From contig CBDFHE010000010.1 in NCBI GenBank assembly GCA_965247455.1, positions 4,392 to 68,391 on the forward strand: DNA of 64,000 nt, given 5' to 3'. Source of the DNA: Candidatus Acidiferrales bacterium (GTDB taxonomy: Bacteria > Acidobacteriota > Terriglobia > Acidiferrales > 2-02-FULL-67-57). Of the stretch, positions 29,091-38,203 are shown one piece after another; position 1 is the stretch's first letter, and the number at the start of each line of letters is the position of its first letter. Below the pieces are notes generated by a model. It saw only the letters and a program-made list of their open reading frames with translations, made no database searches and had not been told where the DNA came from. The position numbers and the translations under genes were made by a program.

Positions 29091-30209
29091 ATGGAACGCG
29101 CCAACGTCATCATCGTAGGCGGCGGAATTGTGGGCTGCGCGATTGCGGCCGAACTTGCGTCGCGCATCAAGGACGTGTTCGTCCTGGAAGAGTTACCCCG
29201 CGTGGGCATGGCGACCAGCAGCCGCAACAGCGGCGTCATCCACTCGGGCGTGTACTACCCGCTCGACTCGCTCAAAGCGCGGCACTGCGTGGAAGGCAAC
29301 CGGCTCACCTACGAGTTCTGCGCGGCGCACGATGTGCCGCACAAACACACCGGCAAGCTAATCGTCGCGACTACCGCCGAAGAAAAAACCACGCTGGAGT
29401 CACTGCTCGCTCGCGGGAAGCAAAATGGGGTCGAGGGCATTGAGCTGATTGCAGAATCCGAACTCAGGCGGCGGGAGCCGAACGTGGCCGGCTGCTGTGC
29501 GCTCCAGCTGGCCTCGACAGGCTTAGTGGATAGCGAGCGCTTGGTCAAGACCTACGCCGCCCTGGCGCAACAACACGGGGCTCACATCGCGACCAGCGCC
29601 CGGTTGGAGACAGTGGCGCCGGACTCCGACTTTGTTCGGATCTCCGCCCGGCAAGCCGGCGAAATGGAATGCCGGGTTCTTATCAATGCGGCGGGACTGT
29701 TTGCCGACGAAGTAGCCGCGCTTTGCGGCAACGACCGATACACAATCTATCCCTGCCGGGGCGAGTACTGGGAAGTGATCCCCACCAAAGCCCACCTGGT
29801 CAACGGCCTGGTCTATCCGGCGCCAGACCCCACCGGCCACGGACTGGGCGTACACCTGACCAAGACGCTCTGGGGAACGTTGCTGGTAGGGCCCAACGCC
29901 CGCTACGTGAACGACAAGAATGATTACGAAAACGCACTGGAGTCGCGGGAGTCTTTCTGTGCTCGCGCGCGGAAACTCCTGCCCCAGCTCGAACCGGACG
30001 ACCTGCGCCCGGCCTATGCCGGCCTGCGTGCCAAACTCACGCCTCCCGACCGCCACGGCGCGGAAGATTTCGTGGTTGCCCGCGACCCTGCTTACCCGCA
30101 CATCATCCACCTGGTGGGGATTGAATCTCCGGGGCTCACCGCTGCCCCTTCCCTGGCCCGCCAGGTGGGCCAACTTGTGCGAGAATCACTGGCCGGAATA
30201 ACAAACTGA
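29091..30209 (+). CDS. lhgO: FAD-dependent oxidoreductase, L-2-hydroxyglutarate oxidase-like
   Basis: VIIVGGGIVGCAIA dinucleotide fold, SSRNSGVIHSGVYYPLDSLKA, CRGEYWEV, LVYPAPDP...LGVHLT and GIESPGLTAAPSLA are collinear with my recollection of E. coli LhgO. Confidence 0.75.
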   Translation: MERANVIIVGGGIVGCAIAAELASRIKDVFVLEELPRVGMATSSRNSGVIHSGVYYPLDSLKARHCVEGNRLTYEFCAAHDVPHKHTGKLIVATTAEEKTTLESLLARGKQNGVEGIELIAESELRRREPNVAGCCALQLASTGLVDSERLVKTYAALAQQHGAHIATSARLETVAPDSDFVRISARQAGEMECRVLINAAGLFADEVAALCGNDRYTIYPCRGEYWEVIPTKAHLVNGLVYPAPDPTGHGLGVHLTKTLWGTLLVGPNARYVNDKNDYENALESRESFCARARKLLPQLEPDDLRPAYAGLRAKLTPPDRHGAEDFVVARDPAYPHIIHLVGIESPGLTAAPSLARQVGQLVRESLAGITN

Positions 30210-32215
30210 TGGATTTTATCTGCCCCACCTGCAAAACAACACTCGAAGCCACTCCCGCCAGGTATCTCTGCCCCACCTGTGAGACGCAGTATCCAGTGCG
30301 CGACGCCATCCCCGACTTCTGGCCCCAAGCGGGTGACTACTACTGGGGCGAGGTCCCGGAACCAATCGCCTGGCAAGCCACAGAGTTGCTTCGCGGTGAG
30401 GGTTTCGATGCCGCCGTCAGGTACATCTCCTCTCACAACCCCGATATGGCCGCCTACCTCACGGAAGACAAACGCATTGACTGGCTCTTCCATTGCCTCG
30501 ATGACCTCACTCTCGACTCCTGCCTCGACCTAGGCAGCGGCTGGGGAAGCCTCAGCGTCCGCCTCAGCCACTTTTTCCGCCATGTCTGGTCCCTCGACGG
30601 CACCTGGCCACGCCTGCGCTTCCAGCAGGCGTATGCCGAACGGCGCGGGGCCAGGAACTTGCGCCTGGTTCGCGGCAATCTGTTTCCACTCCCCTTCCCC
30701 GATCAATCCTTTGACCTGGTTGTGGCCAATGGTGTGCTGGAATGGGTGGGACTGGTGAACCTCGATCGGCCAGTGACGGAGTTGCAGACCGCCTTTCTCC
30801 AAGAAATTCACCGCGTGCTCAAGCCGAACGGCGTTCTCTATATCGGGGTGGAAAACCGTTTCGGTTTCGGAAATTTTGCTGACAGCCGTGACCACAGCGG
30901 CCTGCCTTACACCGCGCTGCTCCCGCGCCGGCTGGCCTCCCTGGCCGTGCGCTGGTTCCGCCGGCCCGACCCTGACGACAGCACTGTCTATCGTACTGCC
31001 TCCCGCTGGCGGGACTATCGCACCTACACCTATAGCCTGCGTGGCTACCGCCAACTCCTGCGCCGCGCCGGCTTTGCCGCCATCTCATTCGCTTGGGCCT
31101 GGCCCTCCTACAACCTCCCGTGGCTTTCCGGCAACGTGGAAAACAGCCGCGCCCTCGCCCTCTTTCTCGATTTCATGCGGACCCGCGCCATGGTCTATCT
31201 TCCCCGCCGCAATTGGCGGCAACGTCTGCTGCGCTGGGGCGCTGCCTTTCCCACCCGCTCCTGGGTTGCGGCTGCGCTGCGCTGGTTCGTCCCCAGCTTT
31301 CTCATCTTCGCCCGCCGCCAAGCATCTATCCCGCTTGCGCTTCCCTATCTGCAAATCAGCGGTGTTCATAAGCTCGTTACCATTGCCCCGTCCGATGGGA
31401 GCGAACTGACAACTACCAAACAACCGCGATTTCCTGCGGACGGCCCTGCGTTTGAACAGGAACAGAGCCGCTCACTCCGCTTCAACCCCGCGTTGGCCGC
31501 CCGTCGCGTGGTGCGGCGTCAACTCACCGCGTATGTGGAACCCTATCTCAAAGGCATCGCACCCGACGCCACCTCGCTGGCCGACCAGCGTGTCGCGCTG
31601 CTTTGGCTGCTCAACTTCCAGCGTCAAACCCGCAGCGGCGTGTGGAAGCGGGACGAACTCGATTACCAGGTTCAGCGAGACTTGCAAGCAGCTGCGCCCC
31701 GGCTCGACGAACTGGGTCTGAAAGCGGACATCACTGCCGGCTGCCGGAATTTCCTGGTATGGCTGCAACACACACGGCTGGCCCGCGTGGCTGAACACGG
31801 CGATTTCTGGAAAGGCAATCTGATTCTCCAGCCCCCTGACCGTCTCTACGTGCTGGACTGGGAGCACTTCCGCGATCCCGGCGAACCTTTCTTCGACCTA
31901 TTTTTCTTTCTCTACAGCCACTACTGCTATGGGTCCTTTTTTTCACCCGGCCGGGCTTTCCTTCATGCCTACCGGCAGAACACCCCGTTCTTATTGGCAG
32001 AGTTCGCTTCTGCCTACAGGCTCCAGACCAGCGACCTGCTCACTTACCTCCCCTACTTTACCGTCCGCTACCTTCTGCGCGGCACACCCCTACCGGAACA
32101 AATCAAGCCTTTCGGGGAGCAGCTACGCTCCTGGCTGGAGCACAGGAGGTTGGCGGGGATGCGCACCGGCCGGAAAAAAGATTGGAGAGCTGAACTGAAA
32201 AAACCGCCTGGTTGA
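30209..32215 (+). CDS. fusion protein: Trm112-like zinc ribbon + class I SAM methyltransferase + aminoglycoside-phosphotransferase-like kinase domain
   Basis: N-terminus CPTCKTTLEATPARYLCPTCETQYPVRDAIPDF; methyltransferase motif I CLDLGSGWGSLSV and LKPNGVLYIGVEN; C-terminal VAEHGDFWKGNLILQPPDRLYVLDWEHF (HGD..N...DWE kinase-like catalytic pattern). Start overlaps the lhgO stop (TGATG). Confidence 0.75.
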   Translation: MDFICPTCKTTLEATPARYLCPTCETQYPVRDAIPDFWPQAGDYYWGEVPEPIAWQATELLRGEGFDAAVRYISSHNPDMAAYLTEDKRIDWLFHCLDDLTLDSCLDLGSGWGSLSVRLSHFFRHVWSLDGTWPRLRFQQAYAERRGARNLRLVRGNLFPLPFPDQSFDLVVANGVLEWVGLVNLDRPVTELQTAFLQEIHRVLKPNGVLYIGVENRFGFGNFADSRDHSGLPYTALLPRRLASLAVRWFRRPDPDDSTVYRTASRWRDYRTYTYSLRGYRQLLRRAGFAAISFAWAWPSYNLPWLSGNVENSRALALFLDFMRTRAMVYLPRRNWRQRLLRWGAAFPTRSWVAAALRWFVPSFLIFARRQASIPLALPYLQISGVHKLVTIAPSDGSELTTTKQPRFPADGPAFEQEQSRSLRFNPALAARRVVRRQLTAYVEPYLKGIAPDATSLADQRVALLWLLNFQRQTRSGVWKRDELDYQVQRDLQAAAPRLDELGLKADITAGCRNFLVWLQHTRLARVAEHGDFWKGNLILQPPDRLYVLDWEHFRDPGEPFFDLFFFLYSHYCYGSFFSPGRAFLHAYRQNTPFLLAEFASAYRLQTSDLLTYLPYFTVRYLLRGTPLPEQIKPFGEQLRSWLEHRRLAGMRTGRKKDWRAELKKPPG

Positions 32216-32418
32216 GCTGGGCGCCCACAGCTTCGGCCCCGGCATCGCCGTCTCCCACCGTCTCTGCGTAGCGGTTCTGCCCTGTCCTTACGGTTGTGCT
32301 TGTCATAGCCGTACCGGGCAACAACCGACCGGTTGGGCTCCTCATCCGCGGCAAGGCGGAACGTTTGTCCTGTGGTCCGGTAAGGCTGAAGTAGGAATGA
32401 CTGCCTGCGGCGACCGGG

Positions 32419-32755
32419 CTAGTGCGGCAGGCGTTCAACCAGCGCGCGCAGCCGTTGCTGGTCAGAGCCGCGCAGGTCGGTGAACTCCACGCCCATGCCC
32501 AAGCTGGGTAAGACTCGCCGGACCACGCAATCCACTGCCAGGGGCGGCCCGTCGGTCGAAGAGAGGCTGGCACGAAAGGTCGCGCCCACCCAAAGCGGGT
32601 TCTGCATCTCCACCAGCATCCCACCCAAGCTGATGTCGCCGTTTGCGCCCGCGCACGGTCGAGGAACCCCACTCAATTTCCACCTCGGCGTGGTAGCGAA
32701 CGCGGTGATACTCGCGGCGATCCACTCCGCGCAGGCTCGGCTCTGTGGTTTCCAC
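32419..32755 (-). pseudogene. PilZ-domain protein split by a 1-nt frameshift
   Basis: ORF 32462-32755 gives METTEPSLRGVDRREYHRVRYHAEVEIEWGSSTVRG (RxxxR motif). ORF 32419-32676 continues ANGDISLGGMLVEMQNPLWVGATF...VVRRVLPSLGMGVEFTDL (DxSxxG motif). Removing one G from the GGG run (complement of 32648-32650) joins them. Confidence 0.65.
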
Positions 32756-32826
32756 CGCTGTGCCCTCGTTGCTTTGGCCCGATGCTAGTCGGGCGTTTCA
32801 TTCCTGTCAAGCAATATGGCTAGCCG

Positions 32827-33002
32827 GGTAGTGTCTTAATTTCACACCGAGCCCTGCGGCCCCCGCCTGCCTACCGCAGGCAGGCCGCAGGGATTTTCGC
32901 TTCCCCCAGGCAGGGGCTCGTCCTGAAGGCTCGCCCTGAAGGGCCTGGGGGCTCGGTGTGATTTGGGGCCGAGTTTGGAATTACTCAAATTAGGACACAA
33001 CC
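32827..33002. mobile_element. MITE-like element, copy B (TIR GGTAGTGTCTTAATTT / AAATTAGGACACAACC, degenerate right end)
   Basis: Shares the TIR, the CACACCGAGCCC...GGGCTCGGTGTG inner inverted repeat and the GCAGGGATTTTCGCTTCCCCCAGGCAGGGGC core with the copy at 61364-61492. It additionally contains the REP 19-mer (32866-32884). Confidence 0.6.
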
Positions 33003-33004
33003 GG

Positions 33005-35236
33005 CTAGGGGCGGCGGAGCCGCTGGAAGAGAGCCTGGTACTGATCGGTGATCTTTTCCCAGTTGTACCGCTCCCGGGCGCGGCGACGAGCGCGCTCCCC
33101 CAGTTCCCGGCGCAGGGCCGGGTCGCGCAGGACGCGCTCCAGTTGCTGGAGCAAATCCTCGGGCCGGGGGCCGAACGGCAGACCGGCGTCGCCCACCACT
33201 TCGGCATTCTCGGGAGTGTTCAGGTACAGGATGCCGCGCCCGCACGCCATGGCCTCGATCAGAGCCGGGTGGGTGCCGCCTACTTCGGTGGCATGAACGT
33301 AGAGCGCTGCATGGTTCTGCAACTGCCAGTAGCCGTCCCCGTACACCGACCCGGCAAAAACAATGCGCGGATCGCGGGTCTGCTTGAGCTGCGCGACGTA
33401 GCCCGGCCGATAGACGTTGTCGCCCACCATGGCGAGTTGCAGATCGGTTTTGGTCTTCTCGAAAACGCGCAGCACAAGCTCGGGATTGTTCTCGGGCTCG
33501 AAGCGGCTGACGTAGAGCACATAGCGGCCCGGGCGCAGGACGCACCGCTCCAGCGCTTGCGTGCCTGCCGCCGGCCGAGGCTCGGCACCATAAACAATCA
33601 GGGTGGAGCGTTTGCCGTAACGCTTGAGGTAGTAGTCGCGCATGACGCGGGCGTCAGTGACCATTTCGGTGGGCGTCACCAGCGCCAGCCATTCGCACAA
33701 CCACAAATAGGCGCGGCCCATCCAACGCCACTTGCGGCGGCGGCGGTCAAGGCCGTCCACGTTCAACACCGTGGGCTTGCCCACCAGGCGGGGAATCCAA
33801 GCGAAGGGGCTGTTGGCTACGTTGCACAGGAAGACTACTTCGGCGTCGGCGCGCGCGACGTGGAACACCGCGAGGAAGGTGTTCACGACCGTGTCGAGGT
33901 ACTTCCGCGCAATGGTGGGCAGCAGCACCAGCCGCATCCCGCGGTAGGTGGGCTGCCGATAGCCGATGTGCGCCCGGCGGCCGTACACCGTCACATGATG
34001 GCCGCGACCGGCCAGCCGAGCTCCCAGTTCCTCCACCAGAGTCTCAAAGCCGCCGTAGTTGGCCGGCACGCCGCGCGTACCCAGGATGGCGATTTTCAAC
34101 GGCGACGGATCTACCGGGAAGCTGGCGGGACGAAAGCGAAACCAGCGCGCCAACTCCCGGTCGGGCACTCGCCGCTTGGCCTGCACCTGCCGACGTTTAG
34201 CCCAAACGCGCTGACGCTCCCGCCAGAGGAAGCTGAAGGCTGGCAGCGAGGTTCGCTCCCGCACCAGCACGTAGAGCACAATTCCCAAATCGCGTAGGGT
34301 GGTGGGGAGAAGCGTGCGCCAGAAAACCGACCAGCCGATGTTCTTAGCGCGCAGGAGGAAGCGGTTCTTGGTGGAGTGGTAGTTGAGCACCGGCGGCAGA
34401 GTGCGGCGGTTTTCGGGCAGGACGCGGCGCAGGTGGTAGCCGACTGCTTTGGGGACGTAGAGGCATTTCCAACCCGCCAGTTGCGCGCGCCAAGCCAGGT
34501 CGGCGTCCTCGCGGTAGGAAAAGAAGTCGGGGTCAAAAAACTCGCCGGCCATCGAGAGGTCGTCTATCAGGGCGCGGCGGTAGAGCGCGGCGGCGGCGGT
34601 GGCGCCGAAGACGAATTCCACGCGGTCGTACTGGCCACGGTCGGGTTGGTTGGAGCCGCGGTCAAAGTGGCGCAGAGTGGGAGTGAAATACATCCCGGCG
34701 GAGTCGAGCAAAGGCGGCGCAGAGCGAGAACCGTCTGGGGCCAGGCGGAGGAGCTTGCCGCAGACGGTGCCGACCTGGGCGCGGCCAGCAACGGCGGTGA
34801 GCAGGGAACGGACGCAGCCGGGCTCGATAACCACGTCCGGGTTCAGACAAAGCACCCACGGGTTGCGGGTTTGCCGGATGGCTTGGTTCTGGGCGGCGGC
34901 GAAGCCGCGATTGTCGGGGTTGCGGATGAGCGCAATACGACCGGAGTAGCGCTCCAACACTTGCAGGGTTGCGTCCTGGGAGGCGTTGTCCACCACTACC
35001 ATGTCGAGCTCGACGCCTTCCTGGGCGAACAGTGATTCCAGGCAGCGCTCAATGTGCGCGGCGCTGTTGTAGGTGACGATTGTGACGGCGACGCGCTCCA
35101 GTGGCGGTGAACCCTTCACGGAAAGCGTTCTGGGTAAACCTTTGCGGGGGCGCTTCTTGGGTGAACTTTTGCGGGCAGGCTTTCGAGGTAAACGCTTGCG
35201 GGCGCGCTTCTTAGGTGGATTTTTGCGGCGAGCCAC
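33005..35236 (-). CDS. bifunctional glycosyltransferase: basic repeat tail + GT2 (rhamnosyltransferase-like) domain + DUF1972/GT4 domain
   Basis: GT2 part: VAVTIVTYNSAAHIERCLESL...VVDNASQD...NRGFAAAQN...EDADLAWR. GT4 part: KIAILGTRGVPANYGGFETLVEEL...LYVSRFEPENN...EVGGTHPALIEAMACG. Start GTG 35236 (GAGGG upstream) or GTG 35263. The track start at 35506 lies inside the upstream gene. Confidence 0.85.
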   Translation of the reverse strand: MARRKNPPKKRARKRLPRKPARKSSPKKRPRKGLPRTLSVKGSPPLERVAVTIVTYNSAAHIERCLESLFAQEGVELDMVVVDNASQDATLQVLERYSGRIALIRNPDNRGFAAAQNQAIRQTRNPWVLCLNPDVVIEPGCVRSLLTAVAGRAQVGTVCGKLLRLAPDGSRSAPPLLDSAGMYFTPTLRHFDRGSNQPDRGQYDRVEFVFGATAAAALYRRALIDDLSMAGEFFDPDFFSYREDADLAWRAQLAGWKCLYVPKAVGYHLRRVLPENRRTLPPVLNYHSTKNRFLLRAKNIGWSVFWRTLLPTTLRDLGIVLYVLVRERTSLPAFSFLWRERQRVWAKRRQVQAKRRVPDRELARWFRFRPASFPVDPSPLKIAILGTRGVPANYGGFETLVEELGARLAGRGHHVTVYGRRAHIGYRQPTYRGMRLVLLPTIARKYLDTVVNTFLAVFHVARADAEVVFLCNVANSPFAWIPRLVGKPTVLNVDGLDRRRRKWRWMGRAYLWLCEWLALVTPTEMVTDARVMRDYYLKRYGKRSTLIVYGAEPRPAAGTQALERCVLRPGRYVLYVSRFEPENNPELVLRVFEKTKTDLQLAMVGDNVYRPGYVAQLKQTRDPRIVFAGSVYGDGYWQLQNHAALYVHATEVGGTHPALIEAMACGRGILYLNTPENAEVVGDAGLPFGPRPEDLLQQLERVLRDPALRRELGERARRRARERYNWEKITDQYQALFQRLRRP

Positions 35237-35240
35237 TCGT
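35106..35240. repeat. five tandem 27-bp units (GGT[G/A]AAC..TT.C.GG...) encoding a 9-aa Lys/Arg/Pro repeat
   Basis: Units at 35106, 35133, 35160, 35187 and 35214. On the coding (minus) strand they give RRKNPPKKRA / RKRLPRKPA / RKSSPKKRP / RKGLPRTLS / VKGSPPLER. Confidence 0.85.
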
Positions 35241-35271
35241 ACTGAACCCTCGTGGTAAACCACGCCAGTCC

Positions 35272-36228
35272 TCAACCGGCCGCGCCGAATACGCAGCGGC
35301 GGATGACCGTTGCGTAGGCCCCGACATCCGCGCGGCGACTGCCGGGACCGGCCGGCGCGCCCGAGTCGGGCTGGCCCGATGCGGATAAGCCAACGGCGGC
35401 GGCCAGCATGCGCAGCAGCATACCTTTGAAAATCGCCACGCGCAGAACCGCCACCGCCAGGCGGCTGTGGTGCTTGCGGAAGTAGCGCAGAAGATTCTGG
35501 TACCAATACAACTGCCGGTCGCGGTCGGCGACGGCGGCCAGGCTGTGCGCGCCGGCATGGACGAAACGCGCCTGCGGCTCATAGAGAATCGCCCAGCCCG
35601 CCTGCCGCAGGCGGCGGCACAAATCCACATCTTCAAACCAGAGCGGGAAGAAGCGCGGGTCGAACCCGCCCAGCGATTCCCAGGCGCGGCGCTTAACCAG
35701 CAGGCAGGCGCCGGCAGGTTGCTCGATTTCAGCCGATTGGTTGTAGTCGAAATCCACGCAACGGTAGCGGCGGTTGAGAGGATTGCCGGGCCAGACTCGA
35801 TTGAGAAGCAGCGTTTCCGCCAGGGCGGTTGCCAGAGTGGGCAAGCGGCGAAAAGTGAAACCCACCTGGGTGGCGCCGGTGGAGTCGAGCAGGCGGCCGG
35901 TGAGGGCGCCGGCGGAAGTGTTGGCCGCCGTCGCCCGCAGTGCAGCCAACGCGCCCGGCTGCGCCTGCACGTCCGGGTTGAGAAACAGCAGCAGTTCGCC
36001 GCGTGCGGCGTGCGCGCCCTGGTTGGCGGCGGCGGCGAAGCCGCGGTTGTCGGCGTTGGCCAGGACCTGCGTGCCGGGGACGGCGCGGGCGGCCTGGACG
36101 GTAGCGTCCGAGGAAGCGTTATCCACCACGATGCGCTCCCAGCCGGGGTCGCTCAGGCTGTGCAGGCAAGCCTCAATGTGCCGGGCGGAGTTGAAGGTGA
36201 CGATGATGATGGAGCCCGCTGCGGGCAT
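35272..36228 (-). CDS. GT2 family glycosyltransferase
   Basis: SIIIVTFNSARHIEACL, VVDNASSDAT, NRGFAAAANQG and WFEDVDLCRR. Confidence 0.85.
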   Translation of the reverse strand: MPAAGSIIIVTFNSARHIEACLHSLSDPGWERIVVDNASSDATVQAARAVPGTQVLANADNRGFAAAANQGAHAARGELLLFLNPDVQAQPGALAALRATAANTSAGALTGRLLDSTGATQVGFTFRRLPTLATALAETLLLNRVWPGNPLNRRYRCVDFDYNQSAEIEQPAGACLLVKRRAWESLGGFDPRFFPLWFEDVDLCRRLRQAGWAILYEPQARFVHAGAHSLAAVADRDRQLYWYQNLLRYFRKHHSRLAVAVLRVAIFKGMLLRMLAAAVGLSASGQPDSGAPAGPGSRRADVGAYATVIRRCVFGAAG

Positions 36229-36334
36229 AACGATGGCGCATTATAGCACGGGGTGGAGTGGCTATCGGGAAGAGGAGATGAAGAGTAGTAGGTTAAAAGC
36301 GTGCTGCTTTGGCTGATGACAAAATGCGTGGTCC

Positions 36335-36378
36335 CCCCAGCGGCCTGCCTGCGGTAGGCAGGCTGGGGCCGCTGGGCT
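36335..36378. repeat. nested REP element (CCCCAGCGGC ... GCCGCTGGG around CCTGCCTGCGGTAGGCAGG)
   Basis: Read directly. Inner 19-mer at 36344-36362. Confidence 0.75.
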
Positions 36379-36471
36379 GGACGGGAGTTGACGACTGTTG
36401 GGTTGGAGATTCGAAGAGCGAACACGAATCTGCTTGGGCATTTCGGCTCAGGCACTCTCTTCAGCGTCCAA

Positions 36472-36719
36472 CCCGGTGGCTCTTGCCACCGGGACTCAGG
36501 CCTCTCCTCGGTGGGATTCAGCTCTCCCGCTCAGCGGGACGTCCCAAGACAAGCCGACGACCCGTACGGGTCGCCGCTATCCGGGGTGTTCCAGAACCAC
36601 GGTAGCGCAGACATTCCTGTCTGTGCGGCGCAGGAGAGGCTGCCCCCGACTACGGAGCAGGCCCCGCCACCAGCCCCGCCTTTGGCGGGGCTGGTGGGGC
36701 AGACAAGAATGTCTGCCCC
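36472..36719. repeat. cluster of at least five independent perfect or near-perfect hairpins
   Basis: CCCGGTGGC-TCTT-GCCACCGGG (36472-36493); TCCCGC-TCA-GCGGGA (36525-36539); GACCCGTACGGGTC (36558-36571); CAGACA-TTCC-TGTCTG (within 36608-36625); CCACCAGCCCCGCC-TTT-GGCGGGGCTGGTGG (36667-36697); GGGGCAGACA-AGAA-TGTCTGCCCC (36695-36719). Confidence 0.8.
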
Positions 36720-36745
36720 ACCAAATAACAAACCAGGGAGGAAGG

Positions 36746-38203
36746 CTAGTTGGCGCCGGAGATGATGATGTCGTAGAGCAGATCGGGGCGGGCGTCGCCG
36801 CGGAAGTCGAGCACGCGGACGAAGAAGGTTGTCGTGCCCGCCGGCACCTGGAACTCCAGCTTGGAATCCTGGACAACGCCGAGATTGATGTCATCGTTGA
36901 TGCAGGCATCATCAAAGGCGCCAGGGGTGGGGTCAGGAGTGACCGGAGGCGGAGGAGCATCATCGCCGACGTCATTGCACGTCTGGAAGCGGACGTTGTT
37001 CACATCCACAATCTCGATCACTGAGTCGAGCGGGCTGAGGGTGGCGAGGGTGCAGCGCGGGTCGGTCAGACTGCGGGCGCAGATCCTGACCTCGACAATG
37101 CTGCCGGCGGATGCAGTGATCTGATAGACATCCACATCCGGGCTACTCGATGGGTCACCTTCCGGATCGGTGTAGGGGCTGATGGAAGCTCGGGCGGTGA
37201 TGTTCCCCGGGAGAGCAGTAGCGGAACCAATATCGTCGTTGCGGCCAGCCAGTGCGGAGTTGATGGTTAGTACAAGGGGCTGGCTGGCAGTTTGCATAGT
37301 CGGAGAAGTGGAATCGGCGACTTGCACGGTGAAACTTTCCGTGACAGCCGCAACCGGTGTGCCGCTGATGTTGCCGGTCGCTGAGTCCAAGAGCAACCCG
37401 GATGGCATGCTACCGGCTGTGATACTCCACATGAGTGGTGGTGTTCCGCCGGTGGCCTGGAGAGTGACGTTGTAAGGGACGCCCACTGCTCCGTCCGGCA
37501 GCGCAGTGGTGGTGATCATGGGCGGTGGGGCAGGGCCAATGTCAATGGTCAAATTTGCGGTGGCCGTATCGCCAAGATCGTCCGTCACCTGCACGGTGAA
37601 GGGGAACGTGCCCGCCGTCGTGGGGAGGCCGCCGATTTCGCCGGTGTTGCTGTCGATGGTGAGGCCCGCGGGCAAAGCGCCCATCGAGATGCTCCAAGAC
37701 AAGGGTTGCTGGCCGTTGGTCGCGCTCACGAACTGGCTGTAGGCCACCCCCACCTGGCCGCCGGGGAGCGAAGTGATGGTGATGGTCAGCGCGTCGGTTC
37801 GGATGAGAATGCTCAAGGTGCGGGTGGCCACTTGCTGGGGCGAGCCGGAGTCGGCGACCCGGACGGTGAAATTGAAAGTGGCGTCCACGGTGGGCGTGCC
37901 GCTGATGACGCCGGAAGAACTCAAAGTCAGGTCATCGGGAAGCAGCCCCGAGCCTGAGGCCAAACTCCAAGTACGGGCGCCGGTGCCGCCGCTGGCTTGC
38001 AAGGTGGCGCTATAAGATTGGTTCAGGTTTCCATCGGGCAGCGCGGCGGTGGAAATGGTCAGGGCGGGAGGAGGCGGTGGGGTGCCGCCAAACGAACTAC
38101 TTGAACTGGAACTTCCACCACAGGCGGCCAGGGTCAGCAGCAAGCCAGTCGAAGCGGCAGCGGCCATCCAGCGGAGGTAAGTAAATCGTGGCTCTGTAAT
38201 CAT
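36746..38203 (-). CDS. lipoprotein with four putative-Ig (He_PIG-like) repeats and a C-terminal pre-peptidase (PPC)-like domain
   Basis: Lipobox LLLTLAAC-GGSSSSSSS. Four repeats of the pattern LP.G..G..Y...L.A.GG..P..WS...G.LP.GL.L....G.ISGTPT..G.F.FTV.V.D. The C-terminus reads DVDVYQITASAGSIVEV...FFVRVLDFRGDARPDLLYDI. Start at MITEPRF (38203). Confidence 0.8.
   Translation of the reverse strand: MITEPRFTYLRWMAAAASTGLLLTLAACGGSSSSSSSFGGTPPPPPALTISTAALPDGNLNQSYSATLQASGGTGARTWSLASGSGLLPDDLTLSSSGVISGTPTVDATFNFTVRVADSGSPQQVATRTLSILIRTDALTITITSLPGGQVGVAYSQFVSATNGQQPLSWSISMGALPAGLTIDSNTGEIGGLPTTAGTFPFTVQVTDDLGDTATANLTIDIGPAPPPMITTTALPDGAVGVPYNVTLQATGGTPPLMWSITAGSMPSGLLLDSATGNISGTPVAAVTESFTVQVADSTSPTMQTASQPLVLTINSALAGRNDDIGSATALPGNITARASISPYTDPEGDPSSSPDVDVYQITASAGSIVEVRICARSLTDPRCTLATLSPLDSVIEIVDVNNVRFQTCNDVGDDAPPPPVTPDPTPGAFDDACINDDINLGVVQDSKLEFQVPAGTTTFFVRVLDFRGDARPDLLYDIIISGAN

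Noticed and set aside
32963-34297. 444-aa plus-strand ORF opposite the glycosyltransferase fusion
   Set aside because: Antisense shadow of a gene with unambiguous GT2/GT4 motifs. The same reasoning applies to 34376-35035 and 35467-36246.
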